From Andalucia godoyi And28 (taxonomy: Eukaryota > Protista > Jakobida), in the NCBI GenBank assembly GCA_009859145.1, contig VRVR01000013.1:148786-212785 (forward strand): a stretch of DNA of 64,000 bases. Direction: 5' to 3'. A program made the position numbers and the translations under genes. Shown one piece after another: positions 1 to 10,986 of this stretch. Below the pieces are notes generated by a model that saw only the letters and a list, made by a program, of their open reading frames with translations, was not told where the DNA came from and ran no database searches. Each line of letters begins with the position of its first letter. The stretch's first letter is position 1.

Positions 1-314
1 ACGGATTTCGAGCCAATCGACGCGTACTGCACGACGAACAAAATGTTGCGGCTGTGGAAATGACCTTGTATTACCTTTATTTCGGTTTTGTCAGCATCCA
101 AAGAGGGTGCGCATGAGGATGCTTGCGAATCCAGCGACACGCCGTTCCTGTGTCACCAGATATTCCTAATGCAAGCGAGTTGGAGTCTTGAACAGCGCGT
201 CCGTGGAAGGTGAGTATGCGAGGACTATATGTCAGGTTCTGCCGGACATTTCACGACCGTTCCCCGGATTCTATGCATGGATTGAAATGGGTGTGCTCTA
301 AAGGAATGAACAGC

Positions 315-359
315 ACAGAGAGACAGAGAGACAGAGAGACAGAGAGAGAGAGAGAGAGA

Positions 360-400
<41 letters not shown>
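315..400. repeat. Compound (AG/AGAC)n-(AC)n microsatellite
   Basis: Read directly: agag/agac run followed by (AC)20 at 361-400. Confidence 0.95.
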
Positions 401-402
<2 letters not shown>

Positions 403-415
403 GGACGGGTAACAC

Positions 416-1543
416 ATGGTCCAAAGAAGTGGATTACTGTTTTTCCACGGTGCATTCGTTGGAGAGCGAGCCGAAGTTCCGAGCGATAATGCGTTCGCGA
501 TTCCTCTTACGAACGCAGTCAAACTAGTTCCTGAAAAGGTCACTGTCTCTGTCACTTATACAGATGATGCTGTTCATAGCTGCATTCGGACGGTGTTTCG
601 CATTCCCACGGCTCCTGCAGTCCTTTCCGATGCAAAATCGCTGCTGTTTGTGTTTGACGGCTCCCTAATTCCAAAGTATGAGGCAATGTCGTTCTGCGGC
701 GAAATTGAAAACCCGACACATCTGACGAAGAAGGAGAAGGAGAAGGAGAAGGAGAATAACAATGGCCGTGATGATGAGGCTGCTGATCGGGTTGGTGATG
801 CTCACGTAAGAAGGCATGTGAAATGGTTTGGCCTTCGTGGAGAATGGATCGACAGAAGAGAGTGGACCGATTCGCCATATGCAGAAATTATGTTTCCGGA
901 CGTTTTAGAAGCTTTGCGCGAGGAAAGGCCATTGGTGAAGACTGACGCGCCGCAGAACGACGCTTTGAATGCGCTGAGCAATGCAGTGTATGTGGGATGT
1001 GTACCAATGTCTGCAGCGGTTCGAGACCAGTTGCTGCAAAGCGACGGGAACTTTGCGTTCATTGTAAAGTACAGGAGCAAGCCAAGGAAGCTCAAGCCAA
1101 CTAGTACCTCAGGCTGCAGCTACTTGTCATGGTCGTTTCCTCTCCGGGCCTGTTTGGACATTCCTGCTGAGTTTGTATGTCAAGTCTCCACCGCAAGGGC
1201 AATATCACAAATAGCGTCGTCCACGCATCCAAGCGCTCTCCATCCCCTTGTGACTGGGAACAAGGCGCTTTTTCGCCTGTCGAAGCAAACAATCGCGCAT
1301 TCGACGGGGTTTTTCAAACAAAAGGTTTCAAAGGTTAATATTGCCGTGAACTTTGGTACTCCTCTTAATGCATCGATTGCCGAATGGTTTCCAATGCTGC
1401 TTGCCATTGCGTTTCTTGCGTGTCTCGTGTGGGCGCTGCACACAAGGCTCGTGGAAGGGTCACATCCATCACCACGAAGATCGTTCGCACGCAGCGGCCT
1501 CGACGGGTTCGACGTTGGCGATGATGATTTGCATGAATTGTAA
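416..1543 (+). CDS. Hypothetical protein with a C-terminal transmembrane helix
   Basis: 375-aa ATG-started ORF. Hydrophobic stretch WFPMLLAIAFLACLVWAL lies near the C-terminus. No family recognised and the start is uncertain. Confidence 0.6.
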   Translation: MVQRSGLLFFHGAFVGERAEVPSDNAFAIPLTNAVKLVPEKVTVSVTYTDDAVHSCIRTVFRIPTAPAVLSDAKSLLFVFDGSLIPKYEAMSFCGEIENPTHLTKKEKEKEKENNNGRDDEAADRVGDAHVRRHVKWFGLRGEWIDRREWTDSPYAEIMFPDVLEALREERPLVKTDAPQNDALNALSNAVYVGCVPMSAAVRDQLLQSDGNFAFIVKYRSKPRKLKPTSTSGCSYLSWSFPLRACLDIPAEFVCQVSTARAISQIASSTHPSALHPLVTGNKALFRLSKQTIAHSTGFFKQKVSKVNIAVNFGTPLNASIAEWFPMLLAIAFLACLVWALHTRLVEGSHPSPRRSFARSGLDGFDVGDDDLHEL

Positions 1544-1748
1544 ATACGTCATCTGCAGAAGAAAAAAGAACTGATGTGTTGCATGAAACTTTTATGCGCA
1601 CAACCAAACCACAAAGGCACTCTGGTCTTTTTTTCTTTCTTTCTTTTTAAAACAGGAAGAAAAAGCAGACCGACAAACAAACAAATCTGGACGCAAAAAC
1701 AAACAAACAAACAAACGCCAACGGGAAAGGAGAGTGCACCATAAATTT

Positions 1749-1752
<4 letters not shown>

Positions 1753-1830
<78 letters not shown>
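1753..1830. repeat. (AG)n microsatellite between convergent genes
   Basis: About 75 nt of near-pure AG repeat, read directly. Confidence 0.95.
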
Positions 1831-1832
<2 letters not shown>

Positions 1833-1840
1833 GCATCTCT

Positions 1841-3493
1841 TTAAAAATTGTACCCAAGAGAGTCCCAGAAATCGCACTGAGACTTGTAGTACTGCTGGGA
1901 AATGTGCGAGCCCTGACCTGCAGTAGTAAATGTGGACTGTAAGAGCGTTTGGGAATCAAACTGGGGCCACTGGAACGGAGTCTTGCTACCCGCATTGGGA
2001 TCCCCAACAGATCCGATGTACTGGCCCCAAAACTTGTTCATGACATCGCCAAGGACCACCTCGGCAGGAGTGTATTCGAAACCTTCAAGTCCGTCAAGAT
2101 TGAAGACGAAGGGTAGCTCCGAGCCATGGCACGTATAATTGACGCAGTACGCATAGTTGGGACCCCATGGATCGAACGACAGCACATGATCAAAATTGTA
2201 GAAGAAGACTGGGGCACCGTTGGCTGCAGCCTTGTACGCCATCTGTCTGGATGGACATACGAAAAGGTAGTCCGTGATGAGAACAGCCAATGTTCCCCGG
2301 CAGTCCTCGAGTGTCCAATCCCATTTGCAAGACGGATACTGCTTGATCACCAAGTCGTACTTTGACTCGAAAATCACTTTAATGAGTGCATCGTAGGCGA
2401 TGTCAGGCAAATGATGCGCAAATCCGCCAAACGAAAACATGATCCCTTCATCTGCATTCGTCCCCATCAGAATAGGCATCTTCTGGAACTTACCTTGCTC
2501 AAACAAGTCGACGGGCTGCCCCATGACATTCGAACCATCCACCACGGGCGAGTAGTACAACGCATACGACAATGAAAAATTGAAAACATCCGGAAGCTTG
2601 AACACCGCCTGCTCTGCGTTCAAGATGTCATCCATGCTCTTTGACCGCAAGCAGGCCTCGTCTGCTCCTTTGCATCCCATCTTATCGGCAAGCAAATTTC
2701 CGTACTGAATGGCTTCGTCTATGGTCTTGTAGAGCACAGCAGCGGGATTCGACTCCATGACTGCCGCATGGAACAGCCCAACGGACAACGGGGAAGTCAA
2801 GTGCAGTGCAACGCTCATGGCACCAGCCGACTCTCCAGACAGGGTAATTCGATCAGGGTCTCCACCAAAGTATTCAATGTTCTTCTGGACCCACAGCAAA
2901 GCCATGCGCTGATCCTCCAGTCCATAGTTGCCGTGGTTCAGCGACTCGGTCACAATAAATCCCGTCGCACCGACTCTGTAATTCACAATCACAGACACCA
3001 CGTCATGATCTTCGGCAAAAATTTGGCCTCCATAAAGCCCCGTCATTGCCGAGCCCTGCGAGAAGGCCCCCCCAGGTAGGAACACATACACAGGCTTCAA
3101 GTTCTTGGACCCCTTTTCGCCCCCGAGCGACGACACTGGAGAGAAGACATTCAGATACAAGCAATCCTCCGATACCGTGTCTGGGCACAGAAACTTTGGG
3201 AGATCGCACCGTTGCGGACAGCCAGGCTTGTACGCATCAGCAGCCCAACGGCCAAACGGCTGCACCTCCACAGGGGATTTCCAGCGAAGGGAGCCAACAG
3301 GCGGCGACGCAAATGGAACTCCAAGAAACTGCGCGGCGGTTGGATACGCAGAATCCACAAATCCGGTTACTTCGCCTAATGGAGTCGATACCGTCACAGG
3401 AGTAGTCGATGCCGAGCACAACACCAAACTCAGCACGACTGCGAACGCGGCACACTGAAGCCGTGACCGCGGGCCGCGGGATCTCGAAATCAT
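1841..3493 (-). CDS. Secreted type-B carboxylesterase (cholinesterase-like alpha/beta hydrolase)
   Basis: Signal peptide; motifs FLGVPFASPPVGSLRW, SEDCLYLNV, GG oxyanion loop, NYRVG, GESAG nucleophile, DEG acid and CHGSELP histidine. First ATG at 3493 (the ORF track starts at a TTG). Confidence 0.93.
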   Translation of the reverse strand: MISRSRGPRSRLQCAAFAVVLSLVLCSASTTPVTVSTPLGEVTGFVDSAYPTAAQFLGVPFASPPVGSLRWKSPVEVQPFGRWAADAYKPGCPQRCDLPKFLCPDTVSEDCLYLNVFSPVSSLGGEKGSKNLKPVYVFLPGGAFSQGSAMTGLYGGQIFAEDHDVVSVIVNYRVGATGFIVTESLNHGNYGLEDQRMALLWVQKNIEYFGGDPDRITLSGESAGAMSVALHLTSPLSVGLFHAAVMESNPAAVLYKTIDEAIQYGNLLADKMGCKGADEACLRSKSMDDILNAEQAVFKLPDVFNFSLSYALYYSPVVDGSNVMGQPVDLFEQGKFQKMPILMGTNADEGIMFSFGGFAHHLPDIAYDALIKVIFESKYDLVIKQYPSCKWDWTLEDCRGTLAVLITDYLFVCPSRQMAYKAAANGAPVFFYNFDHVLSFDPWGPNYAYCVNYTCHGSELPFVFNLDGLEGFEYTPAEVVLGDVMNKFWGQYIGSVGDPNAGSKTPFQWPQFDSQTLLQSTFTTAGQGSHISQQYYKSQCDFWDSLGYNF

Positions 3494-4123
3494 CAGAACT
3501 ATCCAAGATACGAAGCCGCGCAAACGTGGAATCGAAAGCGTGATATTTCAGGTTTTCTTAATTGAGAATCTGGTCTGATACGAAATGTGGAAAGTATCGT
3601 ACGGAAGGACGCAACCAAAATACGACACCTTGGCAATTTGGCATCCGTCGTCAGTTTGTCGTTGTTGTCGGAAGACTTACAGCAGAAAGAACAGGCAATG
3701 AAGAAAAGAACATGGCCCCGCAGGCGTCGCAGTCTTCGTGTGCGTGACTCATGCAATTGACGATGTTGCAATCTGCAGACAGGTGGACATGCACGGATGG
3801 AAGAAAAGGAAACAAGCATGAAAATCGTGTACCGATAGAAACAGAGAGAGTTAGAAAAAGAAAGAAAGAGAGAAAGAGAGAGAAGATACGACAAATGAAA
3901 CCAAACATCATTGTAGCAGAGAATGTACTATACAGAAAAACACACAACGAGACATGAATGAAGGCTCAAAAAGCAACAACACCCCACTTGCAATTTTCCA
4001 ATTGAACGGCTGACAACACCAGGAAAGAAAAGATGCAGTCTTGAAGAAGAAGAAGAAGGAGGAGGAGGAGAAGGAGGAGAAGGAGAAGGAGAAGGAGAAG
4101 ACGACGAAGACAACTCGAGTTGA

Positions 4124-4550
4124 CTAAACTTCTCGCTCTGGTTCGACGATTGGATACATTTGCGCCATGTAAATGAACATCCAGATTAGCCACATCGAAA
4201 CCGTTGCCGCCACAACTGACGTTCTCGCAAGACTGATCACATTGTTCAAGTCAATCATTAATAACAACAATACAACCAAAACCAGACAAATTAATATATG
4301 TATTTTTTCGATTTTTTTTTTTTTGAAGATCATCATCAGAATAAAAAGTACGCATCATCATCATGAGGGCTAGCATCATCATCCTCACAACCATCACGAC
4401 AAATCACAATCTTAATCATAAGCATTTTAACAATAACAAAACATACGATTTGTCTTTGCCGCAGCACACCATTGTAGCAAACAGCATGAGGGCTCCCAAA
4501 GCGAGAAAGGCGAATGAGCCGTAGAGAATTCCGAGGGATGGTACGCCCAT
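4124..4550 (-). CDS. ATP6V0E: V-type H+-ATPase subunit e, 2 exons: 4550-4447 and 4232-4124
   Basis: Splicing across GTATGT...CAG (intron 4446-4233) gives a 70-aa two-TM protein ending MWLIWMFIYMAQMYPIVEP, which matches the subunit e WxxxYMAQxxP motif. Confidence 0.85.
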
Positions 4551-4756
4551 TTTCTGTTGTTTTAAAGTAACCACAAAAAAAAAAAAATCAACAACAACAG
4601 CAACGAAAAGAAAGCCGAAAAAATAAATTAAAAAACAGAAACCAAAGCAGCAGAGTGTTAAATGGAAAGGCAAAAAAAAAAAATCGAGAAAATTGCATAT
4701 GTGCGGAAGGAAATGTGTTTAGTGTACAGCAACTACGAGCAGTGGGGAACGTCTCT

Positions 4757-4935
4757 CATAGTACAATCAGCATAGGGCGAATTATGGCTGACCATCCCTA
4801 AGCAGTCTTGCATCGATACCGAATGCGGATAAAATTCAGAATGGGGTGGCAGGCCCCAGTACGCCGAAGCGTTCTTCTGATAGATGTCGCGCGCACCATT
4901 CCAATCTGTCGATCCAGACGTGCCGAACAGGACGG
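4757..4935 (-). mobile_element. Decayed Fanzor2/TnpB-like relic (C-terminal Zn-finger/RuvC-III remnant plus conserved 3' tail)
   Basis: Frameshifted PSCSARLDR/DWNGARDIYQKN/GVLGPA. DNA is homologous to the 54.6-kb relic, including a 25/33 ungapped match in the non-coding tail. Confidence 0.75.
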
Positions 4936-5234
4936 GTCCATCGGAACGACGATGAACGGGCGTGAATGAAAAAAAGGCGAGCGGAATAGCACTGTCTGAA
5001 ATTTCTGGGTGAGCAACGGAAAGTTAAATAAAGAGTGAGCTGTTAGGACAAACAAGTTGGAACATTCGGAAAACGAGATGAGGCTCATTTGCTTGCAGAC
5101 GGTGAACAATCGCTTGTGTGCCAACTGCCGAGCGCAGTTCTCGTTTGACTGCCGCTCACGCTCTCACTCTATCTCTTTCTCAGTATCGACGAAGGCACCG
5201 TTAGTGACAACAAAAAAAAAGTCGTGAGAGGGGC

Positions 5235-6599
5235 TCATCTGCCTTCGAGGAAGAAGTTGGGATAGAAAAAGACACCTTGGGAACTTTCGTCTCTGCATAG
5301 AACGCACATTTCCTCGGCAAGCTGTAGATAGTGTTTGGCGACGGGAATGGACATTTTGAGTTCCTTGCTGAGATCGATTTCTGTAATGCATGTGCGTTCT
5401 CGCGCAAGCTGAGCAATTTTGTGGTTCATGGGCTTTGGGTCAAACGACGCCGACTGCACAACTCGGATTGCAGAATTCGACGAAAAAGACCGAACCGTCA
5501 GCTCAATGCCGAGTTTCGGAAACACCTTGACTGCCTCATCCAAATCTTCGGGCGAAATCATGTCCGTCCCTCTCGCCCTATTGTACATGACATAGACATC
5601 GATCAGCGACATCATGCCGTGGTTCTTCGGAAGCTGAGCTGCGATAAAATCACCAAGTTGCTTTGCGAGCTCTCTATGGAACCGTTCTCCGGCAACCTGC
5701 TTGGTGACTGGGTTCAGAATACCTGCTGACACAAGCATGCTATCGAACTCACTCTTCTCGGAATCGTCGATGAGCGCAACCCGGTCCGCGAGCTTCACCA
5801 GTTCCTCTGCATACTTCATCAGCGCATCCAAATCAGAAAAGGCCTCCGACAACGAACTCTTCTGCGCCATCGACTGCTTGGTCACCATGTTAATGATACC
5901 AGAAATACCAGCAGATCGAGACTCGAATCCTCTCTGTACTGTTTGTCGCGAGTTCTTTGCAGACTTTGACGACACCCACTTTTTCTGATTCAGAATCTTG
6001 CGTAGCTGAAGCAGAAACTGGTCTCTGCCGCCGTCCATGGATGACTTCGAACGGAACGAAAGTTTAAAGTACGTTGTAAACAGATCGTCCGATTGCCGAA
6101 CTCCGGCGTCCGGACTGCTGGACAAATCGCTGCTTGACACCGAAACTGGGACTAAATGAAGCGTAAGCTTGGGCGAAGAAAACACCCCAGGAAAGAACCC
6201 AGCCTGTGTCTTTACGGATGCGACATGCGACAAATGAAGCTGTAATGCTCGTCTCTGACCTTCTTTTTCAAGCCATCTTCCCGACCATTCATCATACATA
6301 ACACACGTAACGTATATAAAATTAGCATTTGGTATTAAGAGTGGGAAGAAGGGGAAAAAAACCACGAAATGCTCAACCAGCAGTCACGACATTGAATAGA
6401 GATGAGTTTGTTTTTTCTTGAAGAGATCATACAACAAGCGATGTGTACTGAGTATCAGATCTCCGTCGTCGTAATCTGTCGCATCATCTCCATTGTACAA
6501 TCGAATATGCTTTTCAATCACCACAATAATTTCGTTTTCTTCGTCCCACAACACAGGCGCAAACGAAGAAGTTACTTCGCATGGTCGCCATCGATCCAT
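5235..6599 (-). CDS. VPS36: ESCRT-II subunit VPS36 (GLUE plus winged-helix), 2 exons: 6599-6433 and 6276-5235
   Basis: Intron GTATGA...AAG (6432-6277) restores GDLILSTHRLLW. Motifs GISGI, LSEAFSDLDALM, GMMSLIDVYVMYNRARGTDMISPEDL and LCRDESSQGVFFYPNFF are typical of VPS36. Confidence 0.92.
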
Positions 6600-7675
6600 T
6601 CTTCTTTTTTGTGGTGTTATGCTGCGTATCTGCTTTGCGTTCATTAACAAACAGAAAAAAACAGAAGAAAAAAACACGAGCGCTCGACTCCAGAAACCCT
6701 CGTTGGACAGAAAAGGGTTTCCCGGACTGCTGGGTCGGGTCGTGTGCGGCGTGCTGATGATGCGGCATCATGTTTTGTGGGTTTCATATTACCCTCCAAC
6801 CCAAATATGTCTTGCGGACAGCTGTGAAAATCATCGGATAGTATGGGCAAGTTTTTTACAGCCGCCGACATTGCTGTTGAATGAAGACCGACCTTTTCCC
6901 CCCTGCAGATTGCTGCTACCGGCTGTCGTCGTTGTCGCTGTTGTTGGTGTCGCGGCGGCGTAGGTGTGCAGGTCGACGCCCCAATGAGAGACACTGTCCA
7001 ATACTGACAACCCGATTCCTTGTAATCGATGACTCCTCCACCGCGGCCTCTCTCTGTCTGCGGTGCACACCATTTGCCAATCAGCAAAATAAATACAATA
7101 TCCGCTCGATTGTAGTGGTGAAAACAGAGAATGAAAGATCGAGAGAGAATGAACAAGTGGATTAAGAATGCGGAATGGCAATAAATGAAGCTCGTTGAAA
7201 TCCCTGGCTTTCTCCTGGTTCCGAGGGTCCAAACGGCTTCTAACGAATGCACTCATTGATCCATTCGAGAGCTCTGAACAGGAAAACATGTTGTTTCTGT
7301 TTCGGGGTGCGGACACCCGCGGATGTCCCACTCAAAAGGAGAGCTTTCATTGGATGGGACGCTGATGCTCATTGATAAAGTCCCTCTACGCCAAATAATC
7401 TGTTGTTGAGACGCAGCATGCGAGCCAAATGTTTGAAGAAGTATGTATTTGAGGGTAATAATACTCAAAAGGCATCAAGTACTGTAAGTAATGGAATCCA
7501 CTTGCTGTCTGCTTGTACCCGCACCTGCTGCAGGTGAAAAAAGGTGAAGGGTGGTCTTGTTTGTGGGTCGCTTAGGGAGGAAAAACATTTCGAACACGAG
7601 TGCTCGCGCCACACGAGACGACCGTCCTTGGTGGTGAAAGAGAACGGAAGACCCCGTGGGCAAGAAGAGGACAGG

Positions 7676-9193
7676 ATGGCTGAACTGGATATAAGAAATA
7701 TAAATTTTGATATTCCGTACAAGGCACAGGAGATTTTGGTGTTTCCAGAGTTGCGACGACAAGCGTGTGAATTGCTTGCGAATCTCGAAAGGCCGAGCAT
7801 CTCGCTTCTTGCAAAGCTTGCGTCCCACAAGACAGTCCGCAGAATTCTGGCGATTGAGTTGGATGTGGCGTATTCTGTGTCTTTGGCTCTCAAACACTGT
7901 GCGTTGCCCGAAGACTGTGCTGAAGAATGCTGGTATTTGATGGACTGCTTGTGCTTAGGAACGCTGTCGTCGATGGAAATGGCGCAGTTTGTGGCATTTC
8001 GACTGACTTCTGCTTCACCGTCTATGATTTCGTTCTTGGCCAACGTCTTGTTTCTCAGCAGGGAAAATTCGAGCGCAATAACACAGAGTGACGACAGATC
8101 CGATGTGCTATCGGTGTCACATCTGCATGGAAGAAGTGCCGCTGGGACCAGCATTCGAGCGTCTGCTGGCGGTTCGTCATTGAACGATGACGAGATGCGG
8201 ATCAGCTCCGAGAACCTGCTGAAATGCCTACAGTCAAAAGAGATACACAGTGTTCTGATTGTCCTGTTGAGCCAGCCCAAGTATGTGCGACCGGTGCTTC
8301 ACTTGCTGTTGCTAGTGTCTGATGAGTTTCGCGAGGTCGTTGAAAATCTGGACCACTCGCTCAGTTTTTCATTCCGAGTGCTGCGAAACGCATTCGAAAA
8401 GATGCAGACCTCCATGCTGAGAGCAGCCGAGGTTCTCGAGGTGGAACAGTGTGCATTGTTGGCTCAGACCGTGCTTGAGAATATGGCGCGTGTCGTTGGC
8501 GAACCAGCATTGCCTACATACATGGCGCAACTGGACTTTTATCCTTCTGCTTGGAGTATCGTCCACTGGTTTATGACGCAAAAGGCAGATGATCGCATTG
8601 TGCTTGCAATTCAGCCATTGTTGGATGCAATGCACAGGATTTCGGGCGTCACGGGGGGGCTTGCCCCCATCGCGTCTCCAGCGTCGAGCTTTGCTGGCAT
8701 GGAGAGCAAACCAGCAGTCGCTCTGGCCAAGAACACGCAGACGACCACCACGGTCGCCGCTTCACAGTCCTCAAATCCAACTCCAATGCTGGCGTCTCAG
8801 ATAGAAGAGAAGAACTTGCAAGAGCAGGAAGCAAGCTTGAATCTCAGCGAGTTGCAAGACTGGGCGTTTGAACAGAGCTTGAGAGAAGTGGAAAGTACTC
8901 AGCGACCGGTCGTTGCAGAATCTGAGAGAGGCTCTAGCAGCGCAAGGGACAACACGTCATGCGGCACTCGACATTCCAGCAGGGCTCCCACCGTCCACGA
9001 CGTTTCTTCTTTGAGCATGGATATCATCTCGAAAGTGCAATTGCTCCGCGATCACTGTTCTGCATTGCTGATGGAGGCTGAGAAGTCACGCACGACTGTG
9101 GCGGACATGCAGCAACAAGTAGACAAGTACAGAGGGCTTGCCCAGACGATCCACCGCCTGACCATCGGAAGCCAGCAACCCGCTCTGCAATGA
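7676..9193 (+). CDS. Hypothetical protein with helical N-terminal region and C-terminal coiled coil
   Basis: Long open frame; first ATG at 7676. A 5' exon is possible because GTATGT at 7441 looks like an intron donor. No family recognised. Confidence 0.7.
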   Translation: MAELDIRNINFDIPYKAQEILVFPELRRQACELLANLERPSISLLAKLASHKTVRRILAIELDVAYSVSLALKHCALPEDCAEECWYLMDCLCLGTLSSMEMAQFVAFRLTSASPSMISFLANVLFLSRENSSAITQSDDRSDVLSVSHLHGRSAAGTSIRASAGGSSLNDDEMRISSENLLKCLQSKEIHSVLIVLLSQPKYVRPVLHLLLLVSDEFREVVENLDHSLSFSFRVLRNAFEKMQTSMLRAAEVLEVEQCALLAQTVLENMARVVGEPALPTYMAQLDFYPSAWSIVHWFMTQKADDRIVLAIQPLLDAMHRISGVTGGLAPIASPASSFAGMESKPAVALAKNTQTTTTVAASQSSNPTPMLASQIEEKNLQEQEASLNLSELQDWAFEQSLREVESTQRPVVAESERGSSSARDNTSCGTRHSSRAPTVHDVSSLSMDIISKVQLLRDHCSALLMEAEKSRTTVADMQQQVDKYRGLAQTIHRLTIGSQQPALQ

Positions 9194-9825
9194 GCTGCCA
9201 TTTCGCTCCGAGAACCTGACGAGGCAGGTGGCGCTTCGTTTGACGTCTAATGGCCAGCCCCCCCATCAAACTGCTGTTTGTTTGCAAAGGACGGATTATG
9301 GAACCCTGAGGATTGCAATTCTCCCCTTCCTCTCTCTCCTCTCGCTGTGTGTGTGTGTTCGATTTTGTACCGCATTACCCTTTTAGGAGAATTTCCGCAT
9401 CGACTGCTCTATCCGTTGACGTGTTTTCCGCCAATGAGAACATTTCTTGAGACTTTTGCTCGACTGCACTTTATCCTTTTATGGAAGTACAACCTAGCAC
9501 AAGGAATGCCACCTCGGGCACTGACAACTGGATGCAGCACCTGACACTTTTGAAATTCCTCCTGCAAATCACGATTCGCTCCTGGATGCGTGCTGCCACT
9601 GAAATTCAAGCAGGTCGTCAAAACCCTCCCCGTCTTTTGCATCCCGCATGACTACCGCACTGCTTGCGAATACCATTGTCGTATTTTTTGTGGTGTGACT
9701 TTGTTTGTTAGTTTGTTTGTCTGTCTGTTTGTTCCCCCCCCCCACAGGCATCTTCTTCGTGATTCTTTTTCCTGTCCTCAAAGAGAATTTTGTGCAAGAA
9801 CTGTGCACAATCATTCACTCTAGTC

Positions 9826-10986
9826 ATGCATTCTTCTAGTTTCCCCAGCAGTTTCCTGCTCTCAAATTTGCAAAATGCGTCCAGCGTCCCCCAGATCCTC
9901 CTGCCAAACGCTGGATACGGGCAACTAAATCTGACACAGATGTTTGGTGCGCATTCAATTTCACTGGACAGCTCCCATGCTCCACCATGGACCGACAACA
10001 ATGCGCAACTGTTCATTGCACAACAGTCTTTGATTCCCGGTCTTCTTCGCCCAGTCAGCGGCATTGATGTTTGCAGTGCGTCGGATGTTTCGTGCGCAAG
10101 CATTCCTTCGACTTCTCCAACGACGTCTTTTTTTGATGTCAGTTCGGGGATGAAAACAGCCTTTCGATGTCATTCTTCGGCGACGTCACCAAACGTCGAG
10201 AAACGGTCTGAGGGGTTCCCAGTACGCAGCAGCGGCACATCAAGGACCCATCGACCTGTTGCGTGTCTTCAGTGTCGGCTCGTACATCGTTCATGTGATG
10301 GCAGTTCTCCGTGTCTTCGGTGCGTAGAAAAGGGGACCGGACAAACATGCGCGTATCCGACGCGGAAGAAAAAAGGACAGGTTGCTTCTGAAGTTGCTGC
10401 GCTGCTGCGTGTGGACAGCCCGCGAGTGGAGGAAAGAAAAGAATCCCAGCCTATCGAAACCCTCCCAAGAACCCCTTCCGGCACTTTCACGTTGCCTTTT
10501 GGGCAGTTTTGTGTCATCGATATGCAACGTGAATTTCGGAAACGGTTTCTGTCACACTACCAGATTTCCGAGAGCGATCTTGTGGCAGACGATCTCTGTT
10601 TTCGTCAAATTGCAGAGTATCAAACGGTTTTGGATGTAATTCAGGTTCCTGCATTGCTTGCCGTTGGCCCCAAGGTCAAGAGCTTTAACAAGGCAGTGAC
10701 AGATCTTTGTCCTTACAATGCGGAGGAGTTCAATGGTGCTCGATGCCCAATGACTTGGGATCTTATTGCTCCAGAGTCAATCTTGCAGCTCATGGAGCTG
10801 TGTCTTGGTGCGTTTTGCACTCCCGGCAAACAAGTCTTGTCTGCAGTTGTCTCACTACGCGGGAAGAACAATCAGCAACAATGTGCGTCCGTGGCCGTTC
10901 ACATTTTTCACAATAGCGTCGGATTTCCCATTGGCACGTTTACAATTGTCACTCCACTCGACCCGCTTCCCAAGAAGGCCAAGTAG
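9826..10986 (+). CDS. Zn(II)2Cys6 binuclear-cluster transcription factor with C-terminal PAS-like domain
   Basis: ACLQCRLVHRSCDGSSPCLRCVEKGTGQTC has six-Cys Zn-cluster spacing. The C-terminal region (FNKAVTDLCPYNAEEF...LIAPES...GTFTIVTPL) is PAS-like. First ATG at 9826. Confidence 0.85.
   Translation: MHSSSFPSSFLLSNLQNASSVPQILLPNAGYGQLNLTQMFGAHSISLDSSHAPPWTDNNAQLFIAQQSLIPGLLRPVSGIDVCSASDVSCASIPSTSPTTSFFDVSSGMKTAFRCHSSATSPNVEKRSEGFPVRSSGTSRTHRPVACLQCRLVHRSCDGSSPCLRCVEKGTGQTCAYPTRKKKGQVASEVAALLRVDSPRVEERKESQPIETLPRTPSGTFTLPFGQFCVIDMQREFRKRFLSHYQISESDLVADDLCFRQIAEYQTVLDVIQVPALLAVGPKVKSFNKAVTDLCPYNAEEFNGARCPMTWDLIAPESILQLMELCLGAFCTPGKQVLSAVVSLRGKNNQQQCASVAVHIFHNSVGFPIGTFTIVTPLDPLPKKAK

Noticed and set aside
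1-63. Plus-frame TDFEPIDAYCTTNKMLRLWK* may be the end of a gene entering the window
   Set aside because: Only 20 codons visible; cannot be supported.
6600-7675. Several 70-200 aa ORFs and two intron-like segments (6841-6908, 7441-7533) in a 1-kb gap
   Set aside because: No splice combination gave a convincing protein. The ORFs look like low-complexity or shadow frames, possibly 5' UTR introns of the 7676 gene.
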